A stretch of 64,000 nucleotides of DNA from Candidatus Latescibacterota bacterium. Lineage in GTDB: Bacteria; Latescibacterota; UBA2968. The position numbers and the translations under genes were made by a program. Below, one piece after another: positions 20,931-29,481 of this stretch. A model generated the notes under the pieces. The model was not told where the DNA came from and ran no database searches. It saw nothing but the letters and a program-made list of their open reading frames with translations. The stretch covers positions 5,024,001 through 5,088,000 of the forward strand of contig OZ220741.1 of the NCBI GenBank assembly GCA_965116885.1. The letters run 5' to 3'. Positions within the stretch are counted from its first letter, which is position 1; the number at the start of each line of letters is the position of its first letter.

Positions 20931-21110
20931 ATGAAGCCTGAAAACAAATCTCTGAGTCCCGAATGGTTACGGCGTCTGAGAGATACCAATTCCCAAAAAG
21001 ATCCCGAAGAAGCTCAGGATCGTCGAGAAGCTGCACTGCAACTTGCCAAACGTTTCGGTATAAAAATATCCAAATCAGACACTTGCCAAAAAAGGCAGAG
21101 AGCGTTTTAG
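20931..21110 (+). CDS. Small hypothetical protein (59 aa, below ORF-track cutoff)
   Basis: GAAGGTG RBS then MKPENKSLSPEWLRRLRDTNSQKDPEEAQDRREAALQLAKRFGIKISKSDTCQKRQRAF*. Confidence 0.4.
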   Translation: MKPENKSLSPEWLRRLRDTNSQKDPEEAQDRREAALQLAKRFGIKISKSDTCQKRQRAF

Positions 21111-21191
21111 GGCTTTGCTACACCCTCAAAAATTCGCATCCTCGGCGACATTATTGAACCACGCGCATTCAGCGCACACAAGGAGCCTAAC

Positions 21192-21626
21192 ATGTCTATG
21201 GTGCCAGTAAGTCCACCAGAGGAAAATGAAGTCTCTTGGTTGGTTTGTCAATCATTACTAAACCGTTTTGAGGAAAAAGGGCATGCTTATCTGGATAATT
21301 ATTTTCGCAAAGAACCTGAATCCCCTGCTCCACTGCAAGAGGACGAACCAGTTCGCTGGATAAAGGCTAATTTGCCGTTACCTGGCGGACATCACGTTGT
21401 TATCTTTGAGGAATTTCGAGACGGATCATGGGCGGTGTTTTTTGAAGATTTTCCGAGCATTATTGGTGGTAGCAATGATAGTTGGGAAGATGCGATGGAT
21501 GTCTTGGTCGAGATTGTTTGCGACGATATTCAAGATATTAAAGAACTCAAAAAACCCAAAGACAGCGATTGTTCCCCGTATCAGAAAAGGCGATATAAGT
21601 TCTTAAAAGAGGTCTTCAAGGTATGA
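21192..21626 (+). CDS. HicB-like antitoxin
   Basis: VIFEEFRDGSWAVFFEDFPSIIGGSNDSWEDAM resembles the HicB partial RNase H fold; acidic; AAGGAG RBS; ATGA-coupled to the next gene. Confidence 0.65.
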   Translation: MSMVPVSPPEENEVSWLVCQSLLNRFEEKGHAYLDNYFRKEPESPAPLQEDEPVRWIKANLPLPGGHHVVIFEEFRDGSWAVFFEDFPSIIGGSNDSWEDAMDVLVEIVCDDIQDIKELKKPKDSDCSPYQKRRYKFLKEVFKV

Positions 21627-21892
21627 CTTTGGCAGAACACAGGCAAAAGGTTCTTAGAAAGCTCGGATTTGTTCATGATGGAGGGAAAAAACATGAAAAA
21701 TGGGTATTCCCAAAAGAAACAAAGCGTGTAAAAACAGGTGTAAGTCACGGAAATGGAGATGTTGGACACGGCCTTCTGAAATCATTTTGTAACCAATTGC
21801 ACATCACGAAACAGCAATATCAAAAGATTGCCTCTTGCAACATGTCCAAAGAAAGCTATTACAAGCACTTGGTCAATATTGAGATTATTTAG
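21623..21892 (+). CDS. HicA-like toxin (dsRBD-fold RNase)
   Basis: Basic 89 aa; LRKLGF...GKKHEKW...VSHG...GLLKSFCNQLHIT. Confidence 0.7.
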   Translation: MTLAEHRQKVLRKLGFVHDGGKKHEKWVFPKETKRVKTGVSHGNGDVGHGLLKSFCNQLHITKQQYQKIASCNMSKESYYKHLVNIEII

Positions 21893-21951
21893 GATGCGAT
21901 GAAAGATTAGAACAAATTTAGAAATAGTTATTCTATCTACCAACTACAGCA

Positions 21952-21980
21952 GTCGGGCCTCTTACGATGAGAGCCCCGAC
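21952..21980 (+). terminator. Hairpin after hicA-like gene
   Basis: GTCGGG.CTCT-loop-AGAG.CCCGAC; no clear U-tract. Confidence 0.35.
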
Positions 21981-21984
21981 CGCC

Positions 21985-22013
21985 TTGACAACACCTAATT
22001 TTTCGGCTATTTT
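21985..22013 (+). promoter_or_regulatory. Putative sigma70 promoter for the ATPase gene
   Basis: TTGACA-17 bp-TATTTT. Confidence 0.5.
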
Positions 22014-22055
22014 GCAGTGTGATTGCAAAATAGCCATTTTTTTTGGTATATCAAA

Positions 22056-23267
22056 ATGTACATTTCCCGAACACTTGAACCCTTTGTCGCATCTTCCCGA
22101 TTTCCCGTCCTCATGCTCTCTGGAGCCAGACAGGTTGGCAAGACGACATTTTTAAGGCACTTAAGCGAACCAGACCGAACATACATCACCCTGGACGATC
22201 CGCTTGTCCAGAGCCTGGCAAAAGAAGACCCGGCCCTGTTCATGCAGCGTTACCCACCGCCTGTGCTCATTGACGAAATCCAATACGCGCCAGAGCTATT
22301 GCCCCATATCAAAATCGCCGTGGATCGAGACCGCTCGCCCGGTCAATTCTGGCTTACGGGATCGCAACAATTTCATCTGATGAAAGGCGTATCCGAATCT
22401 ATAGCTGGTCGGGTGGGCATCGTGCAGCTTTTCGGTCTTTCGAGACGCGAGCGAATCGGGAGCGACTCATCTCCATTCTTGCCGGTCTCCGACGCTATTC
22501 ACAACAGACTCCAGACCGGAGATACCCTCGGTCTGCAAGAACTCTACAGGCTGATATGGCGCGGCGACTTTCCAGCTATTGCTCTAGACGACCTTATGGA
22601 TTGGAATCTATTTTACAGTTCATACTTGCAAACCTATCTCCAGCGTGATATTCGAGACCTCGCCCGGGTGGGCGATGAGCTATCCTTTCTCCGATTTCTC
22701 AGGGCTACCGCTGCCCGAACCGCACAAATGTTAAATTTTTCGGACCTGGCGCGCGATGCGGATGTTGCCCCAAACACGGCAAAAACATGGCTTTCCATTT
22801 TACAGGCTTCCGGAATCATCTATCTTCTGGAACCCTATTATACCAACCTCACCAAACGACTGGTGAGAAGTCCCAAACTCTATTTTCTCGATACCGGACT
22901 ATGTGCCTACCTCACCGAATGGACCAGCCCTGAAACACTGGAAGCTGGCGCAATGTCCGGCCCCATTTTGGAATCGTGGATCGTGAGTGAACTGTTGAAA
23001 AGCTACCGGCACAACGGTCACATGCCCCCGTTCTATTACTACCGGGATCGAGACGGAAAAGAAATAGATCTCCTCATCTTGCAGGATGGTACAATCTATC
23101 CGATAGAAATTAAAAAAACCGCCTCCCCCAACAAAAACCACGTCCAGAATTTCTGCGTACTAAAAAAATTAAACATGCCCATTGGACCCGGCGGTGTCAT
23201 CTGCTTATCAGAACAATTTTTACCACTCACAGAAACTGCCATGTCGATTCCCGTATCCGCCCTTTGA
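22056..23267 (+). CDS. AAA_14 ATPase with DUF4143 / C-terminal nuclease-like domain
   Basis: GARQVGKTT, LIDEIQ, LTGSQ, PKLYFLDTG, YYRDRDGKEIDL, PIEIK. Start adjusted to MYISR. Confidence 0.92.
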   Translation: MYISRTLEPFVASSRFPVLMLSGARQVGKTTFLRHLSEPDRTYITLDDPLVQSLAKEDPALFMQRYPPPVLIDEIQYAPELLPHIKIAVDRDRSPGQFWLTGSQQFHLMKGVSESIAGRVGIVQLFGLSRRERIGSDSSPFLPVSDAIHNRLQTGDTLGLQELYRLIWRGDFPAIALDDLMDWNLFYSSYLQTYLQRDIRDLARVGDELSFLRFLRATAARTAQMLNFSDLARDADVAPNTAKTWLSILQASGIIYLLEPYYTNLTKRLVRSPKLYFLDTGLCAYLTEWTSPETLEAGAMSGPILESWIVSELLKSYRHNGHMPPFYYYRDRDGKEIDLLILQDGTIYPIEIKKTASPNKNHVQNFCVLKKLNMPIGPGGVICLSEQFLPLTETAMSIPVSAL

Positions 23268-23274
23268 TGGACAG

Positions 23275-23341
23275 CGGGCAGGCACAGGGGCACTGCCCCT
23301 ACAAAACATTAACGGGCAGGCACAGGGGCACTGCCCCTACA
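23275..23341 (-). repeat. Two tandem GTAG-type REP-like palindromes
   Basis: Exact 29-bp direct repeat CGGGCAGGCACAGGGGCACTGCCCCTACA at 23275-23303 and 23313-23341. Confidence 0.8.
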
Positions 23342-23372
23342 TCAATGGACAGACCCTATAGCAGGAGCATCT

Positions 23373-24332
23373 ATGATACCCGATCTCTTACCCTTAAAAC
23401 CCTACCTCCGCGAAACCGTCTGGGGAGGGCGCAGCCTGGGGACACACTGCAACAAAGCACTCCCCCCGGATGTGCCCATTGGCGAATCGTGGGAAGTCTC
23501 GGCATACAAAGGGATGGAAAGCACTGTTGCGGACGGTCCCCTTGCCGGACAAAATCTCGCAGACCTCGTCGCAATTTACGGCGCAGACCTCCTCGGCCAG
23601 CGCGTTATCCAGCGTTACGGCACCGAATTCCCCTTGCTCATCAAACTCCTCGACGCGCGCGACGACCTCTCCATTCAGGTACACCCCGACGACACCTACA
23701 CCCGTGCAGAAAACCTGGGCACCTATGGCAAAACAGAAGCGTGGTACGTACTCAAATCAGATCAGGGACGCGTGGCGTGTGGCCTGAAAGACGGCGTTGA
23801 CAAACACAGCCTGAAACTATCCATCCGCGAAAACCGCGTCCAAGACACCGTACAATTCTTCGATGTACAGGAAGGCGATGTAATCTTCGTACCCCCCGGC
23901 ACAGTACATGCCCTGTGCCAGAACGTCATGATCTACGAAGTACAACAATCCAGCGACCTCACCTTTCGCATCTACGACTACAACCGCCCCGGCACCGACG
24001 GCAAGCCGCGCGAACTGCACATTGACCGCGCCCTCGACGTCATCGCCTTTGACGCACCCGCGCCAGAACCGTGGAACTCACGCCACGAAGCAAACACCAC
24101 ACTCATCGGAGATGAAGACACCGAATACTTCCGCCTCGAACGCTTCGCCCCTGCGGGCACCGTCCAACACACTTATCCCACATTCGCGGCACTCACCATC
24201 CTCGCCGGTCAAGCCCAACTAAACAAAACCCACACCGCTCAAACAGGCGACACCTTCTTCATCCCGGCCAATCGAACCGTCACCGTCTCGCCCAAAGAAC
24301 AGGTGGAATATTTAATCTCATCATGTGGGTAG
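23373..24332 (+). CDS. manA: Mannose-6-phosphate isomerase, class I
   Basis: VWGG, GESW, FPLLIKLLDA, LSIQVHP, GKTEAWY, GTVHA, EVQQSSDLTFRIYDYNR. Confidence 0.93.
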   Translation: MIPDLLPLKPYLRETVWGGRSLGTHCNKALPPDVPIGESWEVSAYKGMESTVADGPLAGQNLADLVAIYGADLLGQRVIQRYGTEFPLLIKLLDARDDLSIQVHPDDTYTRAENLGTYGKTEAWYVLKSDQGRVACGLKDGVDKHSLKLSIRENRVQDTVQFFDVQEGDVIFVPPGTVHALCQNVMIYEVQQSSDLTFRIYDYNRPGTDGKPRELHIDRALDVIAFDAPAPEPWNSRHEANTTLIGDEDTEYFRLERFAPAGTVQHTYPTFAALTILAGQAQLNKTHTAQTGDTFFIPANRTVTVSPKEQVEYLISSCG

Positions 24333-24336
24333 ATTG

Positions 24337-24603
24337 CTAAACCTGTGCTTCGCCGTAGAGGTCAATACGTGCGCGGAGGGAGGGTTTGATGAAAACATCA
24401 TCGAGGGGCAATTGGGAAAAAGCGTGTGCGAGAATATCGACCTGCGTGGGCACATCGAGGCGGTAATCGAGAATCAGGCGCTGTTCGCCGCGCACGACAC
24501 ACAGGCCACCGGTACCACCCATGAGGTCTTCGCGGAATAAGGGAATATTCAGGCGATGGGCAAGGGCTTCAAATTCTTGAAGAAGTTGGGAATCGGTCAT
24601 CAT
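24337..24603 (-). CDS. Small hypothetical protein
   Basis: 88 aa from ATG 24603; GGLCVVRGEQRLILD...DILAHAF...FIKPSLR; reads like a real conserved small protein. Confidence 0.65.
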   Translation of the reverse strand: MMTDSQLLQEFEALAHRLNIPLFREDLMGGTGGLCVVRGEQRLILDYRLDVPTQVDILAHAFSQLPLDDVFIKPSLRARIDLYGEAQV

Positions 24604-24678
24604 GTAAAAACCGAAGACTGGAACTGGAGGAAGGACACACCTGATATTTGCAAATATAGCCAATTAAAAAAAATACAC

Positions 24679-24706
24679 AAATGGATCGGCGAAGGTCGGT
24701 CCATTT
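24679..24706. terminator. Intrinsic terminator
   Basis: AAATGGATCGGC-GAAG-GTCGGTCCATTT flanked by A and T runs. Confidence 0.65.
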
Positions 24707-24708
24707 TT

Positions 24709-26346
24709 TTATGCAATAATATGCTCTTTGATATATTCTTTCAGGACAGATAACGTATTTGCATCCCCCGGCAAGAGCGGGAGGCCACCGATTCCATAAG
24801 ACAGACTGGTATAAAAAGCATGGGTCTGATACGCGGAATCCACCTGAGCGGGAAACAGAACAACAGCACTTTTGAGAATGCGTTGAAAATCCGTATCTAT
24901 CACCTGGCCGATAGCGTCTCTATAAGCGTGCATTTTATCAATATCCTCGCGCAGAGGAATCCACGTCCCATTGTAATCTTCGCGGCGATATTTGGCGTCA
25001 AATGCATAAATAGCGCGCTCGCTACTGGATTTAGGCATTCCAGCACATGCATTCGAGTTGTTGATCTCGATAATCATATCGGGTCTCAGATCATGTGTAA
25101 GCGCACGTCCCGACGAGGTGGTATAGGTCATATTGTAAAGACAACGGATGCGGCACTCACCGCGCTGAAGATATATCGCAGAGGCTTCCCCCTGCGCGGG
25201 AGAAACGCTCAGACCTCGGTTGGTCAGGTGAAAAAGGTTATCGTCGCGAATCGGAACAAAGCCGATATCACACAAAGTATGAACGAGCGTAAAATAGACC
25301 CAGTATTCGTAAAGCGCGTGCGTATCGCGAAAGGACAGATCAAATGGACCACCCGTACAGGGCACAAGCGCGCGATTGAGATCGCGAATGAGCGCGAAAG
25401 CCCTCTGGTAACGCACATCGAGATAAACGGGCAAAGCGTCATCGCGTCGCGCAGGTGGCAAAGGGAGCAAACGCAAGTAGCGATCCACGTATATTTTCAG
25501 GCGATGCCCCAAATCGGTATGTGCAATAGATCTCGCGCGCAGTGACAGACGCTTTAAGTGTGCAACGAGATGGCGATTGAGCGGCGTATCAATATCGGAA
25601 TGGCGATGGGTCTCGCGCAAATGCGTACAGCCGATACCGTCCGCCAACGGCAAATGTGGGAGATCGGCCCCGCTATGCGTCCAGAATTGTGGCGAGCGAA
25701 TCATGTGAGCAATCGCATCGGGATCGCGGCCCTGTGCGCGATCAACCGCGCGGATGTGTTGAACGGTTTTGAGACGGCGATGCGGGCGTTTGAGAATCGC
25801 ATGCAAAGTGCGGACGAGTTGATTCAAAAGACGATCCAGCACTTGATGAAAGTCTAAATTGCTACCTCTATCATCTATCAGACGAGTCGTAATACGGGTT
25901 TGATCGGGCAAAAGGTAAACGAGTTCGCGGCTGATGCGCTCGAGATCAGCGCGCATGATTTGATAATCGGTTTCGTAGTCGAGATGCGAGGGGCGCACAT
26001 CGAGTTCGACATAGAGCAGATCGACATTATCCGAGCGAATGCAAAAACGGATGTGCCCCGGATGATCGCCCGTTGCGAGCCGTCCCCACAGCGCGTGCCC
26101 ATCGCGGAGAAAACCGAGGGTCTCAGCGGGTTGATCGTCGATATAGACCGAAATATCTTTCTCATTCAGTGGACGGATGAGACAGTTGCACTCGGTAGCT
26201 TCTACCAGGTGATCAGAAAATACCTGCCCCTGCACCGGAGAGAGCAAAATGCGGGCATAATCATTTTCCGCAACAAGACCATCGGATGTTTTCGAAAAGG
26301 AAGCGCGGATGTGTTGACCTGAGTCCATTGTTCGCGTAGATTTCAA
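24709..26346 (-). CDS. DUF2357 + PD-(D/E)XK nuclease (McrC-like)
   Basis: LDYETDYQIMRADL, DTPLNR, LYEYWVY, LRPD, FDAKYR, DIDKMHAYRDAI. Start may be ATG 26328. Confidence 0.85.
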   Translation of the reverse strand: MKSTRTMDSGQHIRASFSKTSDGLVAENDYARILLSPVQGQVFSDHLVEATECNCLIRPLNEKDISVYIDDQPAETLGFLRDGHALWGRLATGDHPGHIRFCIRSDNVDLLYVELDVRPSHLDYETDYQIMRADLERISRELVYLLPDQTRITTRLIDDRGSNLDFHQVLDRLLNQLVRTLHAILKRPHRRLKTVQHIRAVDRAQGRDPDAIAHMIRSPQFWTHSGADLPHLPLADGIGCTHLRETHRHSDIDTPLNRHLVAHLKRLSLRARSIAHTDLGHRLKIYVDRYLRLLPLPPARRDDALPVYLDVRYQRAFALIRDLNRALVPCTGGPFDLSFRDTHALYEYWVYFTLVHTLCDIGFVPIRDDNLFHLTNRGLSVSPAQGEASAIYLQRGECRIRCLYNMTYTTSSGRALTHDLRPDMIIEINNSNACAGMPKSSSERAIYAFDAKYRREDYNGTWIPLREDIDKMHAYRDAIGQVIDTDFQRILKSAVVLFPAQVDSAYQTHAFYTSLSYGIGGLPLLPGDANTLSVLKEYIKEHIIA

Positions 26347-26381
26347 AAGGGGTTGTTTTTCACCATTTCAAGGAGGTTGCT

Positions 26382-26681
26382 ATGGCTGTTGATATTACAA
26401 TAAAAAATATGCCGTCTAATCTCTACAAAAAATTGAAGGCACGCGCCACTGCACACCGTCGCAGTGTGAATAGCGAGGCAATCAATTGCTTAGAGAAAGT
26501 CTTGAATCCCCAGCACGCAGATCAAAATTTACAGGATCCTACTGATAATCTCGATAATCCTAACCAAACGGAAGAATTGCTGGCCAAGATCAAGGACCTG
26601 CACAAGCGCGTTCCCCCTATTCCCCCTCATTTTTCGACGGATGAATTTTTGAGAAAAGCCAAAGAGGAGGGGCGGCCTTGA
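26382..26681 (+). CDS. Arc/FitA-like ribbon-helix-helix antitoxin
   Basis: ITIKNMPSNLYKKLKARATAHRRSVNSEAINCL; C-terminal KEEGRP; AGGAGG RBS. Confidence 0.85.
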   Translation: MAVDITIKNMPSNLYKKLKARATAHRRSVNSEAINCLEKVLNPQHADQNLQDPTDNLDNPNQTEELLAKIKDLHKRVPPIPPHFSTDEFLRKAKEEGRP

Positions 26682-27316
26682 TTCGTGCAATTTTGTGGGA
26701 CAATGATGGCGTGCTGGTAGATACCGAAGGTCTGTACTTTCAGGCGGGACATGAGATATTGGCAACACAAGGCGTTGAACTAACGCATAGGGATTTTGCC
26801 GAACAATCGCTACAAAAAGGGCTGAGCGTATTCGATTTTCTGCCCGATCAAAATGCCGAATTGATCGAGGAACTGCGCTTGAAACGCAACGCGCGGTACA
26901 GCGCATTATTAGCCGAAGGCGTGCAGGTCGTGGATGGCGTGGTAGAAACACTCGAAACATTCTATGGTCGGGTACAAATGGGCATCGTGACGGGTTCTCG
27001 CAGAGATCACTTCGACATTGTTCACGCATACACGGATTTGCTTCCATTCTTCGATTTTGTGCTGGCAAGAGAAGATTACGAAGAAGCAAAACCACATCCA
27101 GATGCGTATTTGACGGCCATGCGATTGCACGGGCTACAACCCGATGACTGTGTTGTTGTGGAAGATTCTGAGCGCGGATGTGTCGCGGCAGCAGCGGCTG
27201 GCTTGCGCGTGCTCGCCGTGCCAAATGCACTGTCGAAATACGGAGACTTTTCATCTGCGTACAAAATACTGAACTCGGTGCGAGATGTCGTAGATGAGAT
27301 AGAGAAGTTGGATTGA
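26678..27316 (+). CDS. HAD family phosphatase (subfamily IA)
   Basis: WDNDGVLVDTE, VTGS, KPHPDAY, VVEDSERG. Confidence 0.92.
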   Translation: MIRAILWDNDGVLVDTEGLYFQAGHEILATQGVELTHRDFAEQSLQKGLSVFDFLPDQNAELIEELRLKRNARYSALLAEGVQVVDGVVETLETFYGRVQMGIVTGSRRDHFDIVHAYTDLLPFFDFVLAREDYEEAKPHPDAYLTAMRLHGLQPDDCVVVEDSERGCVAAAAAGLRVLAVPNALSKYGDFSSAYKILNSVRDVVDEIEKLD

Positions 27317-27328
27317 AAAGGATAAAAT

Positions 27329-27354
27329 GTAGGGGCGACCCTCGTGGTCGCCCG
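27329..27354 (+). repeat. GTAG-type REP-like palindrome
   Basis: GTAG-GGGCGACC-CTCGT-GGTCGCCC-G, intergenic. Confidence 0.7.
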
Positions 27355-27382
27355 CACACTTAACAAACAAAATGAGGAATGT

Positions 27383-29458
27383 ATGATGAGTGAATTAAAA
27401 AACAATCCCCTGCTGGTCAAAGAGGGATTACCGCGGTACGACGAAATTGATCCAGAACACGTTGTACCGGGCGTAAAACATATGCTATCAGAAGCAGAGA
27501 AACAGATTGCGGCACTGGAGCAAAACATGACCCCTTCGTGGGATGGATTGCTCGTCCCGCTCGAAGAACTCGATGTGCCCTTTTCTTATGCCTGGGGACC
27601 CGTGGGCCATCTCCTAAGTGTAAAAAATTCCGATGACTTGCGCGAAGCACACGAAGCCGTCTTACAAGATGTCGTAGCTTATGGTCTGCGCGTGCAGCAA
27701 AGCCGGCCCATTTACGAAGGCCTGGTAGCAATTCGAGACGGCGAGGAATGGGCGAAGTTAGATGAGGCTCAAAAACGATGTATCGAGCTGAAAATTCGCA
27801 CAGCCGAACACGCCGGGGTGGGATTAGAGGGCACAGCAAAAGAACGCTTTAACGAAATCGCCAAAGAATTGTCGCAAATCAGCACAGATTTTTCCAACCA
27901 TGTACTGGATGCGACCAAAGCGTATGAACTAATCATAAAAAATAAAAAAGACACAGAGGGCTGGCCGAACAGTTTGCGACAAGTAGCCGCGCAATCTTAT
28001 GCACAGGCCAATGAGGGCAGCGAAGCCACACCGGAAAATGGTCCCTGGCGCATTACACTGGATTTCCCGAGCTTTTATCCCTTTATGCAACACCATCGCG
28101 TACGCGACCACCGCGAGCAAGTGTACAAAGCATACATCCAGCGCGCATCCTCTGGCGAATGGGACAACAGCGACTTGATAGCGCGCACCTTAAAATTGCG
28201 CCAGGAGCAATCCGCGCTCCTGGGTTTTGCGACCTATGCAGACAGGAGCCTGAATGTCAAAATGGCCCCCGATGTGGCATCTGTCGAACGCATGATCGGT
28301 GAATTGCAGGCGGCTTCGCAACCCCATAGTGAAAAGGATTTTGGCGCGCTGGAAGCACTGGCAAAGGCAAATGGTCAGGAAGAGCCGGTCATGCACTGGG
28401 ACACATCCTTTTGGTCAGAGCGGTTGCGCGAGCAAAAATTCGATTATACCGACGACCAGTTGCGCCCATATTTTCCACTTCCCAAAGTACTCGATGGCAT
28501 GTTTGCATTGGCAGAACGCCTTTTTGATATTGAGATCGCACGGGCAGATGATGAAGACGCGCACAGATGGCATGAAGATGTGCAATTCTTCAAAGTACTC
28601 CGCGATGGTGAGCGCATCGCGGCATTTTATCTGGACCCCTATTCCCGTCCAGCAGAAAAACGCGGTGGCGCGTGGATGAACGACTGCCTGGGACGGCGAT
28701 GGCTCAACGGCGAACTTCGCTTGCCCGTAGTACACCTCGTGTGCAACGGCACGCCACCCGTGGGAGACACGCCATCGCTGATGAGTTTTTCAGAAGTGGA
28801 AACCCTGTTCCACGAGTTTGGACACGGGTTGCAGGGCATGTTGACGACCGTTGATTACGCCGATGTAGCGGGGTTGCACGGCGTAGAATGGGATGCCGTG
28901 GAGATTGCCAGCCAATTCATGGAAAACTGGTGTTATCAAAAACCCACGCTAATTGGAATGACCGCGCATGTGGAAACGGGCGCGCCCTTGCCAGATGACC
29001 TGTTTGAGAAAATCGTCGCCGCACGCACATTTCAGGCGGGATCTTTGATGATGCGCCAGTTGTCCTTCGGAAAAACGGACATGCTGCTGCATTCCACCTA
29101 CGATCCAGATGGCGAAGAAACGGCTTTTGATGTAGAGCGCAGGGTAACCGCGGAAATGTCCGTATTGCCCCCCCTACCAGAAAGCCGCTTCTTGTGCTCA
29201 TTCTCCCATATTTTCGCCGGAGGCTATGCCGCCGGGTATTACAGCTACAAGTGGTCAGAAGTACTGAGCGCAGATGCATTCGGCGCGTTTGAAGAGGCCG
29301 GACTGGATGACGAAGAAGCCGTAAAAGCAACCGGACGCAAATTCCGCGACACAATTCTCGCCCTGGGTGGCAGCAAACACCCCATGGATGTGTACCGAGA
29401 ATTTCGCGGGCGCGAACCGAGCACAGAAGCGTTGCTGCGACACAATGGCCTGTTGTAA
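27383..29458 (+). CDS. prlC: Oligopeptidase A (M3A)
   Basis: NPLL, KRGGAWM, TLFHEFGH, VEWDAVE..SQFMENW, FSHIFAGGYAAGYYSYKWSEVL. Start adjusted to MMSELK. Confidence 0.93.
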   Translation: MMSELKNNPLLVKEGLPRYDEIDPEHVVPGVKHMLSEAEKQIAALEQNMTPSWDGLLVPLEELDVPFSYAWGPVGHLLSVKNSDDLREAHEAVLQDVVAYGLRVQQSRPIYEGLVAIRDGEEWAKLDEAQKRCIELKIRTAEHAGVGLEGTAKERFNEIAKELSQISTDFSNHVLDATKAYELIIKNKKDTEGWPNSLRQVAAQSYAQANEGSEATPENGPWRITLDFPSFYPFMQHHRVRDHREQVYKAYIQRASSGEWDNSDLIARTLKLRQEQSALLGFATYADRSLNVKMAPDVASVERMIGELQAASQPHSEKDFGALEALAKANGQEEPVMHWDTSFWSERLREQKFDYTDDQLRPYFPLPKVLDGMFALAERLFDIEIARADDEDAHRWHEDVQFFKVLRDGERIAAFYLDPYSRPAEKRGGAWMNDCLGRRWLNGELRLPVVHLVCNGTPPVGDTPSLMSFSEVETLFHEFGHGLQGMLTTVDYADVAGLHGVEWDAVEIASQFMENWCYQKPTLIGMTAHVETGAPLPDDLFEKIVAARTFQAGSLMMRQLSFGKTDMLLHSTYDPDGEETAFDVERRVTAEMSVLPPLPESRFLCSFSHIFAGGYAAGYYSYKWSEVLSADAFGAFEEAGLDDEEAVKATGRKFRDTILALGGSKHPMDVYREFRGREPSTEALLRHNGLL

Positions 29459-29481
29459 AGTCAAAAACGAAGGAAATCATT

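Noticed and set aside
20627..21036. Minus-strand 74-aa and 62-aa ORFs
   Set aside because: The first is AT-rich intergenic sequence running into the higB relic; the second is antisense to the better-supported 59-aa ORF.
23275..23341. 29-bp direct repeat as a mini CRISPR array
   Set aside because: Only two copies with a 9-bp gap, no cas genes, and dispersed copies elsewhere; fits REP.
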